Source of the DNA: Prorocentrum cordatum
Taxonomy: Eukaryota
Length of the DNA stretch: 64,000 nt
Assembly: GCA_963575745.1 (NCBI GenBank)
Contig: CAUYUJ010000126.1
Span: 248,001 to 312,000 of the forward strand
Reading direction: 5' to 3'
Position 1 is the stretch's first letter, and every line of letters begins with the position of its first letter. This document shows, piece by piece, positions 1 through 13,200 of this stretch. Made by a program: the position numbers and the translations under genes. The notes below the pieces were generated by a model. It searched no databases and had not been told where the DNA came from. It worked only from the letters and a program-made list of their open reading frames with translations.

Positions 1-149
1 CAGCGCCCACGCACATTCCAGCAAGCGCTTACTCTGAAACCCAATCGCGTTGAGCCAACACCTGTTCCAGAGGAGCGCCAACTCAAGTTTCAGCAGGACC
101 AAAAAGAAACGAATTCGCAGTGCCAACCCGCCCCGGTTCATTCTAATAT

Positions 150-2150
150 TATTTCCGAACGTGCCCGCTGAGTGTCCGCCCTGTATTCAAACGGGCGTGC
201 GAATTGGAATTTTACGCATCGGTACTGCCCCGGAAATTGCATGTCTTTTTCTTGAAACGGGTACAGTTGTTTCTGAGACTACAACTACTTTTTCTGAAAC
301 AGCGAGATGTTTTTTCGGAAACAATTCTTGCGTTTTGTGAAGCGGCATTTTTTCTAAAATTGCTGTGCGTTTTTATCTGAAACGGCGGTCGCCCGTTTTT
401 GCGAATACATTTTTCGATCATGGGGCAAACTAATTTAGTCACAGAGTACTCCCCTGACAGTGTTGTAACACAAAATGCCTATGCAAAAAATTTCGCTCAA
501 ATTGACCATTGCGTGGCGGATGCCCCGCCATTGGAATGTATTTCCAACATTGAAACCAACCGTGACGCGACGCTGGCATCACGTTATTTCTTGTTGCAAA
601 TTTGGACGTTTATTTCGTTGGACACATCACGAAAAACAAAAAATGCGGTTTTCCACTCGGGGACAAGCTTTCCGTATTGATCGAAATTTGGCGGAGATCT
701 ATGGCGACGCGTTCTGCTGGGCAATACTTGCGAATCCTATACCTGAAGATTTAGATTAACATGCCGAGCATATGAAAAATACAATGCCACTCCGATTCAG
801 TGGTCGCCAGCGAGACTGGTAAACAACCGTAGCGGCCATGGATAGATTAAGTTTATTAAATGTCAGGGATGCCGCTCGACGTGCACGCCGACACGACGAA
901 GAAGAACTTCTCTCCAAAACCATTCGGGATTCTTTGAAAAAAGATGGACGCATGAGGTTAATGACCAACTACACGGCGGCCATTGGCGAGCAGTTCGCCA
1001 GCTTCAGAAAGGTCCCGCAAAGAAACCAATACAAATCAAAGATTCAAATGGGGAGCTCGCTGAAAACAAAAAGCGTGGCAATGTATTGGCAAATTATTTT
1101 AAGCATACGCAGCGGGAAATCACGAACCCAAACACAAAACTTTCAGCTCGATCACACATGGGAGAGACAAATCAAATCAATATGGACGCTTTTATAATGG
1201 AAAAACTGACCAACGTGCTGAAAACAAATATCGGTTGGGAAGGCTGCCGGAAGACAAATTCGTGTTAGGCCAAAAATGGAAGGATCAAAACGACATTCCA
1301 ACACAATGGAAAGCATCATGTGTAACGCTGCTCTACAACAAAAAAGCGACGCAAACCTCCCGGCCAACTACAAGCCAATCGCGCTTTTACCAATTGGCTT
1401 CAATTATACAGAGACGCCTGCGAAATGGAGGAAAAGATACGCATGCAAAAAAACACAACGCTTCAGACCCGGCAAGAAAACAACGCAATGTATTTCCATC
1501 GTGCGTCGAATGATTGACGCGGTTTACGCCTCTGCCTCATCTGGTTTCTTGGCAATTCTTCTCGATTGGGCAAAAGGTTTAAAACAACTCAAACACGATG
1601 AATTGATTACCGCATTATGCCGATTTTGAGTTTTTTTTTCTTTTTTTGGGGGGGGGGAGCGTTTCTTCATCCTCAAAGACGAATCAGGCGATTCAGTAAC
1701 AAGAAGACAAAAAGCTGGGATCGGTCAAGGTTGCCTGTTGTCCCCATATTCGTTTTATCATTGTTCTATCGGTCATGTTCTTCGACGTCGACAAACACAT
1801 GGAAAAATTGAGCGAACATACCCAGGAAAAGAAAACTCGAATTATATAGTGCGATTGTTTTGGCAAAACTTCTGTATAGCCTCGAATCAATATGGTTAAT
1901 GCAAGCCGACAAACGTCGTTTGGACGGTTTCCACGCGCGCTGCCCGAGGAAAATCATGTCCATCCCATCTTCATTCATCTCGAGAGTTTCCAACGCGGAA
2001 GTCTCGGGAAAAACATCTTTTCCCGTTCTGAACGCAATTTGTTTGAGCGGCAAATCAACCTGTACAATAACGTATGCACTTTGCCCTCTGACAACTTGCA
2101 TAAGATGCTAACGTGCATGCCAGACTCGCGTGAACCCAGGGACTGGGAAC
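150..2150 (+). mobile_element. Decayed RTE-like non-LTR retrotransposon (APE + partial RT, internal deletion)
   Basis: APE C-terminal motif AQIDHCVA...DATLASRYFLL (ORF 399-680). RT motifs PANYKPIALL, FRPGKKTTQCI and LLDWAKG (1276-1629), and GIGQGCLLSP (~1717-1746). The frame then jumps to the post-RT segment KLLYSLESIWL...RRLDGFHARCPRKI (1860-2111), so the YADD region is missing. Many stops and frameshifts. Confidence 0.85.
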
Positions 2151-2689
2151 TCAACAACAATGCGCTCATTGCGTGCGCGATTGCATGGAAGATATGTGGC
2201 TCTGATTTCGCCTCCCCTCCTGCCTTCCTCCCTTCCTCGGCCACGGCTCCTCCCTCCCTTCTTCCTTCACCCTGTGCCGGCACGCATTTGGCGTGTGTTG
2301 CCCCCGCGCCCCAATGCAAAACTCAAAGCAGCTTTTCCGTGCCGATGCGCCGTGTAGGCGCCTGGCTTCTGTCTGTCTCCCACACCGCCATTTTCTCATG
2401 GACTGCTGCTTTGTATTTGATGGCGTCGGTATTTGGCCTCCAATACGGCGCTTTCTCGTTACTGTGGCACGGGCGGCCCCCGTCCAAAGCGCCTGGAATG
2501 GAAGAGAACGAATCTGCTCACCTAGGGCGGACCAAGAGGCGACCCAGACGCAGCACAACTATTCCAATCAGGGGAACACTTCCTGAGCAGCGTTATTTCG
2601 AACTGCTTGGCGTTGCATTGCATTGATTTGCATTGATTGGCCTTGCCTTGCCTTGCTTCGTGTTTCTTGGCATGGCGGGGGTACGCGGG

Positions 2690-5082
2690 GTATGCAGGAA
2701 TGGGCTGGGGACGCATGCGGACACTGCCGCTGGGGCCTTCGGCGGAGCTCCCTACGGAAAGTGTGAGGGAGTGTACCAAAATAAGCACAGGAAAACACAC
2801 AAACCTTGCCACTGGGACCTTCGGTAAAACTCTATATGGGGTCGCAAGGCGTGTGAGGGGTGCCCAAATCGAAGCGCCGCCGCCATGCGAATCCTGCCGC
2901 TGAGGTCTGCAATGGAACTCCTTATGGGTCCACGAAACGTGCGGTCGGTGTGTGTGTGTGTGTGCTGCAATACGGAGAGACCGTCATGCAAACCCACTGG
3001 GCCCTGCGGTGAACCCCCCTAAAAGGCCACGAAACGTGTGAGAAGTTTGCCGCAATGGAGGCGGGGCCGCCATGCGAACCCTGCCTCTAGGGCCTTTGGT
3101 GGAGCTCCCTATGGAGCCACGAAACGTGCGGTGTGAATGTGTGTGTGTGTGTGTGTGGAAATTGGGCGGGGCCGCCATGCGAATCCCATTGGGGCCTTCG
3201 GTGGAGCTCCCATATGGGGTTGCCGAAATGGAGGCGACGCCGCCAAGCGAACCATCTGGTGCCTTCGGTGGAGCTCCGTATGGGGCCACGAAACGTGTGA
3301 AGGGTGTGCCGAAATGGAACAGGACCGCCATGCGAACCCTGTCACTGGTGCCTTTGGTGCCTAAGGGGCCACGAGACGTGACTGGTGTGCCCAAATGGGC
3401 GGGACCGCCATGCGAACCCTGCGACTGGGGCCTTCGCTGGAGCTCTCCCAAGGGGCCACGAAACGTGTGAATCGTGTGCCTAAATTGGGCGGGGCCGCCA
3501 TGCAAACCCGGCCACGGGCCTTCGGAAGAGCTCCCTATGGCGCCACGAAGCGTGCGGTGTGTGTGTGTGTGTGCCGAAATTGGGCGGGGCCGCCATGCGA
3601 ACCCTACCACTGGGGCCTTCGGCTGAATGATTTTCGGGCCACGAAGGTGTAACGAGTGTGCCGAAATGGCGAGGGGCCGCCATGGGAACCCTGCCGCTGG
3701 GACCTTCGGAAGAGCTACCTGTGGGGCCACGAACTGTGTGAAGGGTGTGCTGAAATGGTGAGGGGCCACTATACGACCCCTGCCACTGGGGCATTCGGTG
3801 GAGCGCCCTAAGGGGCCACGAAACAAGTGAGGGGTATGCCGAAATTGGGCGGGGCCGCCACGCGTACCCTGCCACTGGGGCCTTCGGTGGAGCTCCTTAT
3901 GGGGCTGCCGAAATGGAGGCGACGCCGCCACGCGAACCCTGCCACTGGTGCCTTCGGTGGATCTCTTTATGGGGTCACGAAACGTGTGAAGAACGTGCCG
4001 AAATAAGACGGGGCCGCCATGCGAAGCCTGCCACTGGTGCCTTCGGTGTAGCGCCCTAAGGGGCCACGAGACGTGTGATTGGTGTGCCGAAATGGGCGGG
4101 GCCGCCATGCGAACCCTGCGGCTCCATGCGAACGCGCCTGATGATTCTGAATCCGTTTCTGTGCGTGCCAGCTCTGTATCTGTCCTACAGCTCGAGTTAA
4201 GTACACTAAAGCCCTAAACCCTAAATCCTAACCCCCTAAAGCTCTAAACCTCTAAAAGCCTAATTCTAAAACCCTAAAACCCCTAAGCCCTAAAGCCCCC
4301 AAACCCTGGAACTCTAAAACCCTTGCCCCTAATTTCTAAAATCCGGCCCTACATCCTAAAACGCCAAACTCAAACCCTGGTGACTTTTGCTCGGTTGAAA
4401 ATTTTGTTCTCGAAATTCAACCATTCGTTAGAGCGGCCACTGGGGCGTTCGGAGAAGAACTCCTTATGGCGCCACGAAGCGTGCGGTAGGTGTGTGTGTG
4501 TGTGCCGAAATTGGGCGGGGCCGCCATGCAAACCCTACCACCGGGGCCTTCGGCTGAATGATTTTTGGGCCACGAAGGTGTAACGGGTGTGCCGAAATGG
4601 CGAGGGGCCGCCATGGGAACCCTGCCACTGGGGCCTTCGGAAAAGCTATCTGTGGGGCCACGAACTGTGTGAAGGGTGTGCTGAAATGGTGAGGGGCCAC
4701 CATGCGACCCTGCCACTGGGGCATTCGGTGGAACGCCCTAAGGGGCCACGAAACAAGTGAGGGATGTGCCGAAATTGGGCGGGTCCGCCATGCGAACCCT
4801 GCAACTGGGGCCTTCGGAAAAACTCCTTATGGCGCCACGAACCGTGTGAGGGATATGCCGAAATGGGGTGGGGCCTCCATGCGAACTCCATGCGAACCCT
4901 GCCACTGAGGCCTGGAGCTCTCGATGAGGGCACGAAGCGCGTGAGGGGTGCGCCGAAACAGAGACATATGGAGGGGGCAGAGGCACAGTGGAGGAGGGAG
5001 GTGGGAGGAGGAAGGAGGAGTTAGGAGGGAACGCGGAGCGCCGTTCAAAATGATACCCCAACGCCGCAGAATGGTTGGGACA
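2690..5082 (+). repeat. ~85-90 bp minisatellite array ending in a purine tract and terminal hairpin (same family as 39220-42157)
   Basis: Recurrent unit gggccttcggtggagctccctatggggccacgaaacgtgtgaggggtgtgccgaaatgggcggggccgccatgcgaaccctgccact. The array ends gagggggcagaggca...cccaacgccgcagaatggttggg, homologous to the ends at 39220 and 42157. Interrupted at ~4130-4435. Confidence 0.9.
4205..4380. repeat. Degenerate interstitial telomere-like (CCCTAAA)n tract
   Basis: Several exact CCCTAAA units mixed with variants (ctctaaa, cctaa, ccctaag). Confidence 0.75.
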
Positions 5083-5089
5083 AACAAGC

Positions 5090-5945
5090 ACCAGACCGAG
5101 CATAGAAAGCAAGAAAGGGAGGCGTCTTGGAATGAGTCGGACGGTCAGGTGATTGAACTTGAAACCAAGACACATTGGCGTATCGTGCTAAATTGGGAGG
5201 AACGGTCGCGATCACGTGAATGGTCACAACTTCGGCTATACGTTTATGGAAACCCGTGACCGCCAAACAAAACAAATCAACACTAAGACCGACGACTATC
5301 TCAGCTTCTGCAAGCAAACTTCGGCCTCTCCCCTACGCGCAATACCGACGTACGAAGAGCAATCCGTGCTATACCAATTGTATCATCAAAGGCAATACAA
5401 TGGAATAGCGTTCTGACATAGGTTACAAAACAAACAACATGTATGGACATCATATTCGCGAGATAACCTCAACGTAATTACTCACCTATTGACCGCCAAC
5501 CGTTTTCCGGTAGTATTTCGAACAGAGAAGCCCGCATGTGCTCTGGAAGCGGCTACTCTCAGAAGTAATCAAAACCACGGCCGTTGTGCTAAACCACTGG
5601 GTCATTAAGAACGTGCGTCGCTTGGGCGCTTGGCGTTCTTCGCCGATCGACTGGCTACTCTGGTGCGGATCCTATGGAGACATCGGCTAGCGCAAAAATA
5701 CATAACGGCCATGACCAGGAGACAACCCAAACTTTTCACTGCGCAAGCCAGATTAGAGAAACGGACGGGGTTTGGTAACACGTGCCGCGTTTTGGTAACA
5801 GAACGCAGATCCTGGTATCAAGTCAACACAAGATTGTCAGTGCAACTCGCAGGATTAAGCCACATGCCGCGCAATTTTTTGGGAATGCAAACATCGGCTC
5901 CAGAAGATCGCCGACCCATTGGGGGTCCTCGGCGTATGAGATAAA
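5090..5945 (+). pseudogene. Possible decayed tyrosine-recombinase (DIRS-like) relic
   Basis: Unique, less GC-rich island. LSHMPRNFL...EDRRPIG (ORF 5630-5944) resembles the H-x-x-R...LG(H/W) box of tyrosine recombinases. Only one motif seen. Confidence 0.25.
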
Positions 5946-7086
5946 AACGGCTGTTACGTAACAATTGAACAACGGATCGCAAAACGAACCGACAACGGCG
6001 AGACGGCAATCCCAAAACGGACAAACAACTGCCCCCTCAAACAAAACAAAACGTACATCTTGAAAACGGAACAAAACGTCACAATCGTGTTAAGAACATC
6101 TAAGCCCGATGCAGCTCCAAAAGCCCCGAACCTGCGCAAGAGCGCACCGAAATGGCCCAAGACGTCCGCAAGACGGCCCAACAAGCGCCCATGACGACCC
6201 ACGAGAACTCCATGGTGATTCCCATGCACACACACATATATATATATATATATATACATATACAGATTTGTATGCACATCTATATCTAGATATACACACA
6301 CTCATACCTAAATCTGCCAAGGCCGGAAAAGGCGAAAAACCTCTCGACCCGCTTCCATCAGGGCCCGCCTGCTTCATGGCGAACTTTTCCGCGTCGCCGA
6401 GACGGGCGGCACGTGGCCAGCCTGGAGGGCTTCGCCGCCTCGCAGCCGTCACTCCTCCCGGTCGTCCTCGCGGTCCTGCAGAAGGCGGGCGCGGCCGCAC
6501 GCCCCCCTCGCCGCGACCCCCGCCGGGCCCCCGCCGCCCCTGCTCGCTTCGTTTCTCCCTTCCCCTCTCCCTCCCCCTCATTTCTCTCTCAACTTGCTCC
6601 CCCCATCCTCCCCGTGCCCCTTCCGTTCCTCGCCCTCCCTCCTCCCTCATTCTCCTTTGCCCCGTCCACGCCCGACTCCCTCTCTTCCCTCCTCACTTCA
6701 CACCATCCCTCCTCCTCCTCCTCCTCCTCGCCTGCGCCGACCGGTCCTGAATGGCGAAGCCGTCCTCCATTTTCATCTGCACCAGCCTGCGGGGGCCCCT
6801 GGAAGCCATGGGGTGGGCCGGACGGCAGAGGAGGCGCGGATCAGATCGACTCGGCAGGGGGAAGCGCCAAGCGCCGCAGCGCCGTCTGCCCCCCCCCGTT
6901 GGGGGGTGCCGTAAGTGTGGAGCTTAAAGCTCAAAGACAGCTCGACCTGCCCGGCGGACAATCGTCAGCCAAGCCTCAACCTTTCTCCCTGGCTAGGGGC
7001 TCAAGATTTGAGCCCTCCTGAAGATAGAAAAACCATTATGTACTATGAGATGGGTAGTTTGCTCATAGCACTCGTGGCGTGTGGCG

Positions 7087-9116
7087 GGTGCCGAGGGGGA
7101 GCCCAGCAGCCAATCGGGTACCCTCGATCAGAGACCTGTCAGACCACAAAGACAAAGAGAGATACCGCGGTGCAATTGCTTCCATCCTCACCCTAACCTC
7201 CAACCTCCATCCCATCTTTCCATAGCTGGCGCATCCTGGGCTGCGCTTGTCGCTTAGCTCCCGAGGCTGTCGGAGGGGAGCTCCCTTTAAGGCCCTCGAT
7301 CAGAGACCTCCTGCTCCAGAGGCTAAGCAGGCGGGGGCCGAAGACCGCATCTGGCGAACCCAATGCGGGTTCCGCTCGGGGAGGGGCACGGCAGACGCAG
7401 TGTTCCTCGCCCGCCGGATGTTGGACGACACATGGTCAACGCGAGATTCAAGTCGCTTGTTCCTGGCACTTGACTGGGCCAAATCGTTCGATTCGGTCTC
7501 GCCGGACGCGCTCGCCAGATCGTTGTGGAGATTTGACCGCCCAGAGAGTTTCGTGGACGTCGTCATCTCGATTTACAGCGAGCGCAAGTTCGTTGTGAGG
7601 GATTTCGGGGCTACGTCCAGCGTGCATCAGCAGAGGTACAGCATATGCCAAGGCTTTCCACTTTCCCCTACGCACGCGCACGCGCTGCTTCAGAGTCGCG
7701 CCGGACCGATGCCTGAAAGTCGGTTTGCGAGGTAACTGGTGTACGCAGACGACACATTACTCATAGACTCTGACCCAGACATCGTTCAAGAGCTGATGCG
7801 CTGGATTTGGGAGTGCGGGGGCCATTACGGGTTGCAATTCAGTTGGGGCAAATTGGATTTGATGATAGTGAGGACTGAAGCAAATACTTTGGGAGGCAAC
7901 GAGGTCCCCATCCCAGCGAAGCAGTCACCAATTTATCTCGGGACGTCTCTTGCTGCGGACGGGCGCATCAGCACAGAACCGAGTCGGAGAGTAATTAGGG
8001 CGGCCAGAAGTGATTTCAAGGTGTTTGCAAGGATCTGGTCGCATTCGACTTTGAATAGGAGACAGAAGGTGCGTATATTTAACGCTTGCGTGGTTTCCAA
8101 ACTCACGTATGTATAATTCACTGCGTGTCTTAGCCAGGCCGAGCAAAGACGGCTCGACAGGTTACAGAGCGCTTGTCTCAGACGAATTTGCAGAATCTCC
8201 CCGTCATACATCAGTCGTGTGTCGAATCATACATATAGTTTTGCAGATTTGCCTACAGATGCCTCTGAGCGATAGTCTCGCGCGTAGACGGATGTTGTAC
8301 ATGGGCCATTTAGCCAGAAGGCAAGACGAAGATCCAGTCAGAAGCTCGGTGTTTGAGCCAGGCGGTTTGGTTCTCAAGAGCCTCCTTGGGAAAAGGAAAA
8401 GAGGCCGCCCGAGACAATCTTGGGGGCCCATGGTGCTAAAGAATTGCTTGAATGCCGCCGGCTCCCATGAGCGACTTGCTGACTACTTCCGCCGAGAGGG
8501 CGGTGCAGCTCGCAGGTGGGAGCAAACGGTCAGGGCATGTGAGGCGTGCTGAGGCATCCGCTTCCGTGCACATTTTCACTCATTGCTCACGTGCTGTGGC
8601 TGGCGCAAGGCTTCTGGACTGGACTGGGACAGAGACCCTCTATGCCCACTGACTTGAGACGGAAAGTCCCATCCAGAAACAAGTGGGGGGAATGACGAGG
8701 AGGGAAGGTCATGCAAGGAGAAAGGGGGGGGGCTGAGCCCAGAGCCCCTTCAGCATTGTCACTTACGAAACTCTGCAAGGCTGTTAGTTACGCTGGCAGA
8801 GGGTGTCGAGGGGGTTCTCCCACGGAGGCCTTCGATCAGAGACCCGGACTCACTTCGCAAAAGACAAAATACGCTGCGCCTGAGGTCCGCCGAGGATGCC
8901 ATCGTCCCAGAGTTGCACTCATGCCACCGTTATGGGAACACTGGTGTCGGGGGGGAGCTCCACAGGAGGGCCCCCGAACAGAGACCCATACATGTAATTC
9001 AACTGCTGACGAGACAAGGTGCATGCTAGCGCGCCATCTTGAATCCACTGGCGCTTCCTACGTAAACCTCGAGGGTGTCGAGGGAGAGCTTCGTAAGAGG
9101 GCCCTAGCACTGAGAC
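7087..9116. repeat. Five dispersed copies of a ~45-bp hairpin motif (7087-7136, 7265-7308, 8802-8844, 8943-8986, 9074-9116)
   Basis: Consensus GGTGTCGAGGGGGAGCTCC...GAGGCCCTCGATCAGAGACC; TCGAGGG pairs with CCCTCGA. Confidence 0.75.
7325..8555 (+). mobile_element. 5'-truncated RTE-like LINE (RT and C-terminus), pseudogenised
   Basis: QCGFRSGRGTADAVF, LALDWAKSFDSV, ICQGFPLSP, YADD (7742-7753), IYLGTSL, KVRIFNACVVSKL and GKRKRGRPRQSW in the expected order across three frames. Confidence 0.92.
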
Positions 9117-9189
9117 TCTCAAACGGTGCATGTGCACTGCAGCCTCGCATGTGTCGCACCCTGAGTCACTACTAAATCCACTGCTTTGA

Positions 9190-10750
9190 TCGTGCAACAC
9201 TAGCTGCGATGCTGGGCGTAATTGCAAAAATGTATTGACCCCAAGAGAAGGAAGCCTTAAACCACTTGACGGGGGTCAGGCAGCACCCACAGCCCCCCGC
9301 CGGTGGACGCATCGAATTCCCCCCGCACCCTCACACGACAAAGTCCTGAGCGGCAGAGAGGCGTTGGCGGATATGCACGAACAAACAACTTGCTCCCAAG
9401 ACCAAGGAGTCTTGCTCGAACACTCCTGCGTGTGCCACTTTTCTCCAGCGCATGTTTGGCGAAGCATGTGGAGGAAGGCCTCTCTGCGCGCTTGCGGAAC
9501 CAACCGCGCCATTGGACCATGTCCTCCAATGTGGAACACTCTTCGAGCCAGCATTTCATCCACACAGAGAAAACCCCCACCCTTGTCGCGCAATGTGTGG
9601 CCTCTCCAAACGCCCTTGGAAGCGATTGCGCTGCGCGCGGCGAAAGTTGTCTGAACCGGTCCTCGGCACTGGAGGCATGTCGCACACATGGTCGCTGCAA
9701 CTGATGGGACATTGAGATGGGACATTGATCTCCCAATCCTTGGGGCCGCGAAGAAGACTTGGACTTGAAACTAGATTTGCGGCGATGGCCTGCGCTTCTG
9801 CTGATGCCTGACGCTTGGCTGACTTGCGTCTTGGGGGGCGAGACCTGCGAGGGCGCCTGATGGGCGTCCGCTGCGCTCTTACATCGCGCGGCGGACTAGC
9901 GGCAGGCTCCTGATTGACTGGATTTGGCTTGAGCTTGAGCTGTTTTATATATTATTGTCTGGGGGGGCCTCAGCTTGAGCTTGAACAGATGCTGAGTCTC
10001 TGGCTGCTCTGTGCTGGTGGAGTCGCGCGCCTCCAGAATGGGCTGCTGACTAAAACTCCTGGAGGCTTCTGTAGCTCGCTTGTCCAGCCGCGATTGAGAA
10101 ATCAGAGAGGTCTTACTGCGTCGGCCCGCCTGTCCTCTACTTGCGCCTGAGAACTTCCCTTTGCCGCTGCCTTGGGCACTGGGGTGGCAGCAGGCGCGGG
10201 GGGACGCGACGAGAGGCCGAGGTAATGTGGGGGCAGCGGGGATGAAAGGGAACGAGCTGCAAATTGCGCGCGCAGTCGGGTCAACGGGCGCAACCTATGA
10301 TGCCCGCTACTCGCGGGCGACCACGGGTGTTGCACGGGCACATTCGCGCCCAACTTGTGGAGGCATCTCTAGTGTGAAATTCCCGCCTGCGGCTCTGGAC
10401 ACGTCTCTCTTGATAGCCCCATTGTCTCCCGCGATGTAGCAGACATTGTACTTGGACGGCCCAAGGGAGACCCAACCCAGGGTGTTGCACGGGTTTGTTC
10501 GCGCCCGGATTGTGGAGATGCCTTGAGCGAAACGCCAGTTTGAGGCTCTGTGCGCATCACTTTTCATGGCACCATGATCATCACGATATGGCAAGCATGG
10601 CACTTGGGCCTCCCAAGCGGTGGCCGCGGTAGAGTTTTGCCACTGGCCCGTTCGCGTCCAGATTGCGGCGACCTCCCAGGCCCCGAAATTACAGGACCCT
10701 GTCAAGAACGTCCAGACTTGCTTAGAACTCCTCCGAACCAGTCACGTTCA
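9190..10750 (-). mobile_element. Highly decayed fragment, probably of the RT/RNase H LINE family
   Basis: LHMLRQTCAGEKWHTQ followed by cysteines resembles the GGQWTRDRL/zf-RVT region of the 44-51 kb element. The remaining similarity is weak. Confidence 0.3.
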
Positions 10751-11739
10751 AGCTCACCCAGTTCGGAGTCGATCAGATTCGGCCACACGCACTCAGACTC
10801 TCTCGCAGTCACACTCATTCACATCCCAACGGTCATACGCAGACCCGCTCATGTCGGGGGCGCGCAAACATGGATTAGCGATCCATGGATTTGGCGCGCG
10901 GTCGCAAATCCATGGATCGCGGGAGGTGCCCTCCCCAAAATGCGGCTGGCGCCGCCTCGCTCGGCGGCGGAAATCGCGATTTCCCATGGAGACGGGACGC
11001 CCCCTTGATCCATGTTTGCGATCGCCCGATCATGCGCGGCCTCCCGTACCCACACTCGCTCACACTCCGACTCTTTTCTGCCGAGGCTCAGACTCTCGGA
11101 ACAGAGTGCGTCAGACAATTGAGGCACACGCGGGGGCCTCCTCGCCGAGTCGCTCCTCGCATTGTCCAGCAGTCGGGAGGCTCATCTTGAGCCCGACCAG
11201 GGGGCTGGGGCCGCGGTGTCGTGAAGGCGTGGGGAACGAAAGGAACGACCAGCAGAAGCACAACCAACTGCGTAAAAACAACTTCTGGGGGTCCGCGAGG
11301 ACTTCTTGGATCCGCGCTGGACGCCCCTCCCTGGCGCGCGGAGCGCGCTCGGGGCCCAACGCAGATCCAAGAAACCCGCGCGGGGCCTCGAACATTCCGT
11401 TCGTGCCGCTCGTTTTGTTTTTTGGGGAAAGGAGGGACTGGCTGGAGGGGAAGGTGCTGACATGGCCCGGGCGGCGCACGACCACGACACGTTGGCGACA
11501 GGGCCTCGACAGTGAGCCCGCACGCTCCCGGGCGGGCTGAAGGAACCCTATAGGCCCCTATCGTTCTGCAGCACGCTGCGAGCCGGATCGATCTGCGAGG
11601 GTCCCGGCGCTCGAGGCCGCGCGAGATCGCCCCGAGGTGGACAGAAATGCGGCGCCAGGATTTCAAGGCCTGACCGAAGGATTGCAAAAAAACCAAAGAT
11701 TGCAAAAAAAACAAAAAACACAGGATTGCAAAAGAGACA

Positions 11740-11905
11740 ATAATATATATATATATATATATATACATATATATAAACATATATATATACATATATATAT
11801 ATATATCTATACACATATATATATATATATATTAATTTATATATATAATATATAAAAAATAAAAAAAAACAAAAACAAAAAAAAAAAAAAAAAAAAAAAA
11901 AAAAA
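11740..11905. repeat. (TA)n microsatellite followed by a long A tract
   Basis: Direct reading. Confidence 0.95.
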
Positions 11906-12689
11906 CGCTGCCGGCGCCCCAAGGCCAGGGCACCCGCACAGCGCGGAGCCGGGGGGGAGGCACGGGGAGCGGGGGGCGCACGCGCACCACGGCCGACGCG
12001 CGAGCCGCAGCCGAGAAGCCGCCAGCGACTTCTGGACGGCACGGGCGGGCAGAGAGGCAGACGGCTCGCCGGGCGGGCTGCTGTCCAGCGAGCCACCACG
12101 CCGGAGGCCCGACGTTGCGGCAAAAGCTGCAGGGTCGCGAACAAGCACGGCCAGAGCCCCGGACCCCATCGTTCTGCGGCACGTTTTTGAGCCGGATCGA
12201 GGTCCTGGTGCCAGGGCCCCAGACCTGGCGAAAACGCCCAGGGCGAAAAACATGCAACACCCAGATCTCAACGTGGGTGCAGCGCGCGCCCTCGCGAGCG
12301 CGAGCTCGCGCGCGCGCGCGCAGGCGCGCTGGTGCGAGAGGGATGGGGGGACGGCCCAGCGCGGCCTGATCTGCAGGGCGAGCACCCCGCTGAAAACCAG
12401 CAGCTGGTAGCAGAAGCCTGGCCCACGGCGAGCGCCCGAGTGAGGAGGACGAGGAGAAAAATTGGGAACGAGAGGGAGGAGGAAAGCGGAGGAGGGAGTG
12501 GAAGCGACATCAAGCGTGGCCCTGGGAAGAGTGGTGCAGTGGTGATGTGGCCAGGAGGGTCTCACTAATGTGGGCAACCGCTCAAGCGGGGGGAGGTCTG
12601 CCACCAGAAGCGGATCGCGGGAACCGTGCCTGGGCTCCCTACGAAGGACGAGGGGAGGAGAAGAAACACCACTATAAACCCAAGATGCA

Positions 12690-13200
12690 TCAACGATGTT
12701 GCAGGAAACACTCCCTCCACATTCCATCTTCTCAGGCCCAATGTGAGAATATATTTTCGTTCGGGACATGCCATGCCCAATTGGAAAGACAAACGTCTGA
12801 GAATTCCAGGTTGTGCCAAAACACCAATCCTTGGATTTCAAAGCAACGAATCAACGTGACCGTTGCGTCCCGACAACCCTCAGCCGTGCCAGAACACCAT
12901 TCCTTGGACTTGAGCACCGCGAGTCAACGAGACTGTTGCGTCCTGACAAACCAAACGCCTGCCGAAACACCATTCCTGGAACTTCATCCCTACGGTTCCT
13001 TGAAAACATTACAGACATTAAGACGAATGAGTGCGGCACTACGGCTAGATCCACATTTTGAAACAGAAGTCACCATCCATCTTTGAACCTGTTTGCAAAC
13101 TTGCAAGGCGAACTCGCGCAGCGTAAATGCGAGAGCCACATTTTGATTACGGCCCGCCCTCAATCCTTGAAGCTGTTGCAAGCTGTTGAGACGAATGTGT
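12690..13200 (-). pseudogene. Possible leucine-rich-repeat pseudogene fragment
   Basis: Three degenerate ~72-bp (24-codon) repeats at ~12816, 12888 and 12961. Minus-strand peptides LQQLQGLRAGRNQNVAL and NGVSAGVWFVRTQ / NGVLARLRVVGTQ resemble LRR consensus. Frameshifted. Confidence 0.4.

Noticed and set aside
2690..4960. CRISPR-like appearance and long ORFs in the 85-90 bp, 73-bp and 53-bp arrays
   Set aside because: Whole units repeat with no unique spacers and no cas genes; the ORFs are by-products of GC-rich repeats.
6361..6484. Candidate host exons (also 42230-42325 minus and 38118-38235 plus)
   Set aside because: Coding-like and near plausible splice sites, but short with no recognisable domain; needs RNA-seq.
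11850..11905. A tract as a retroelement poly(A) tail
   Set aside because: Preceded by (TA)n rather than an element 3' end, and no TSD found.
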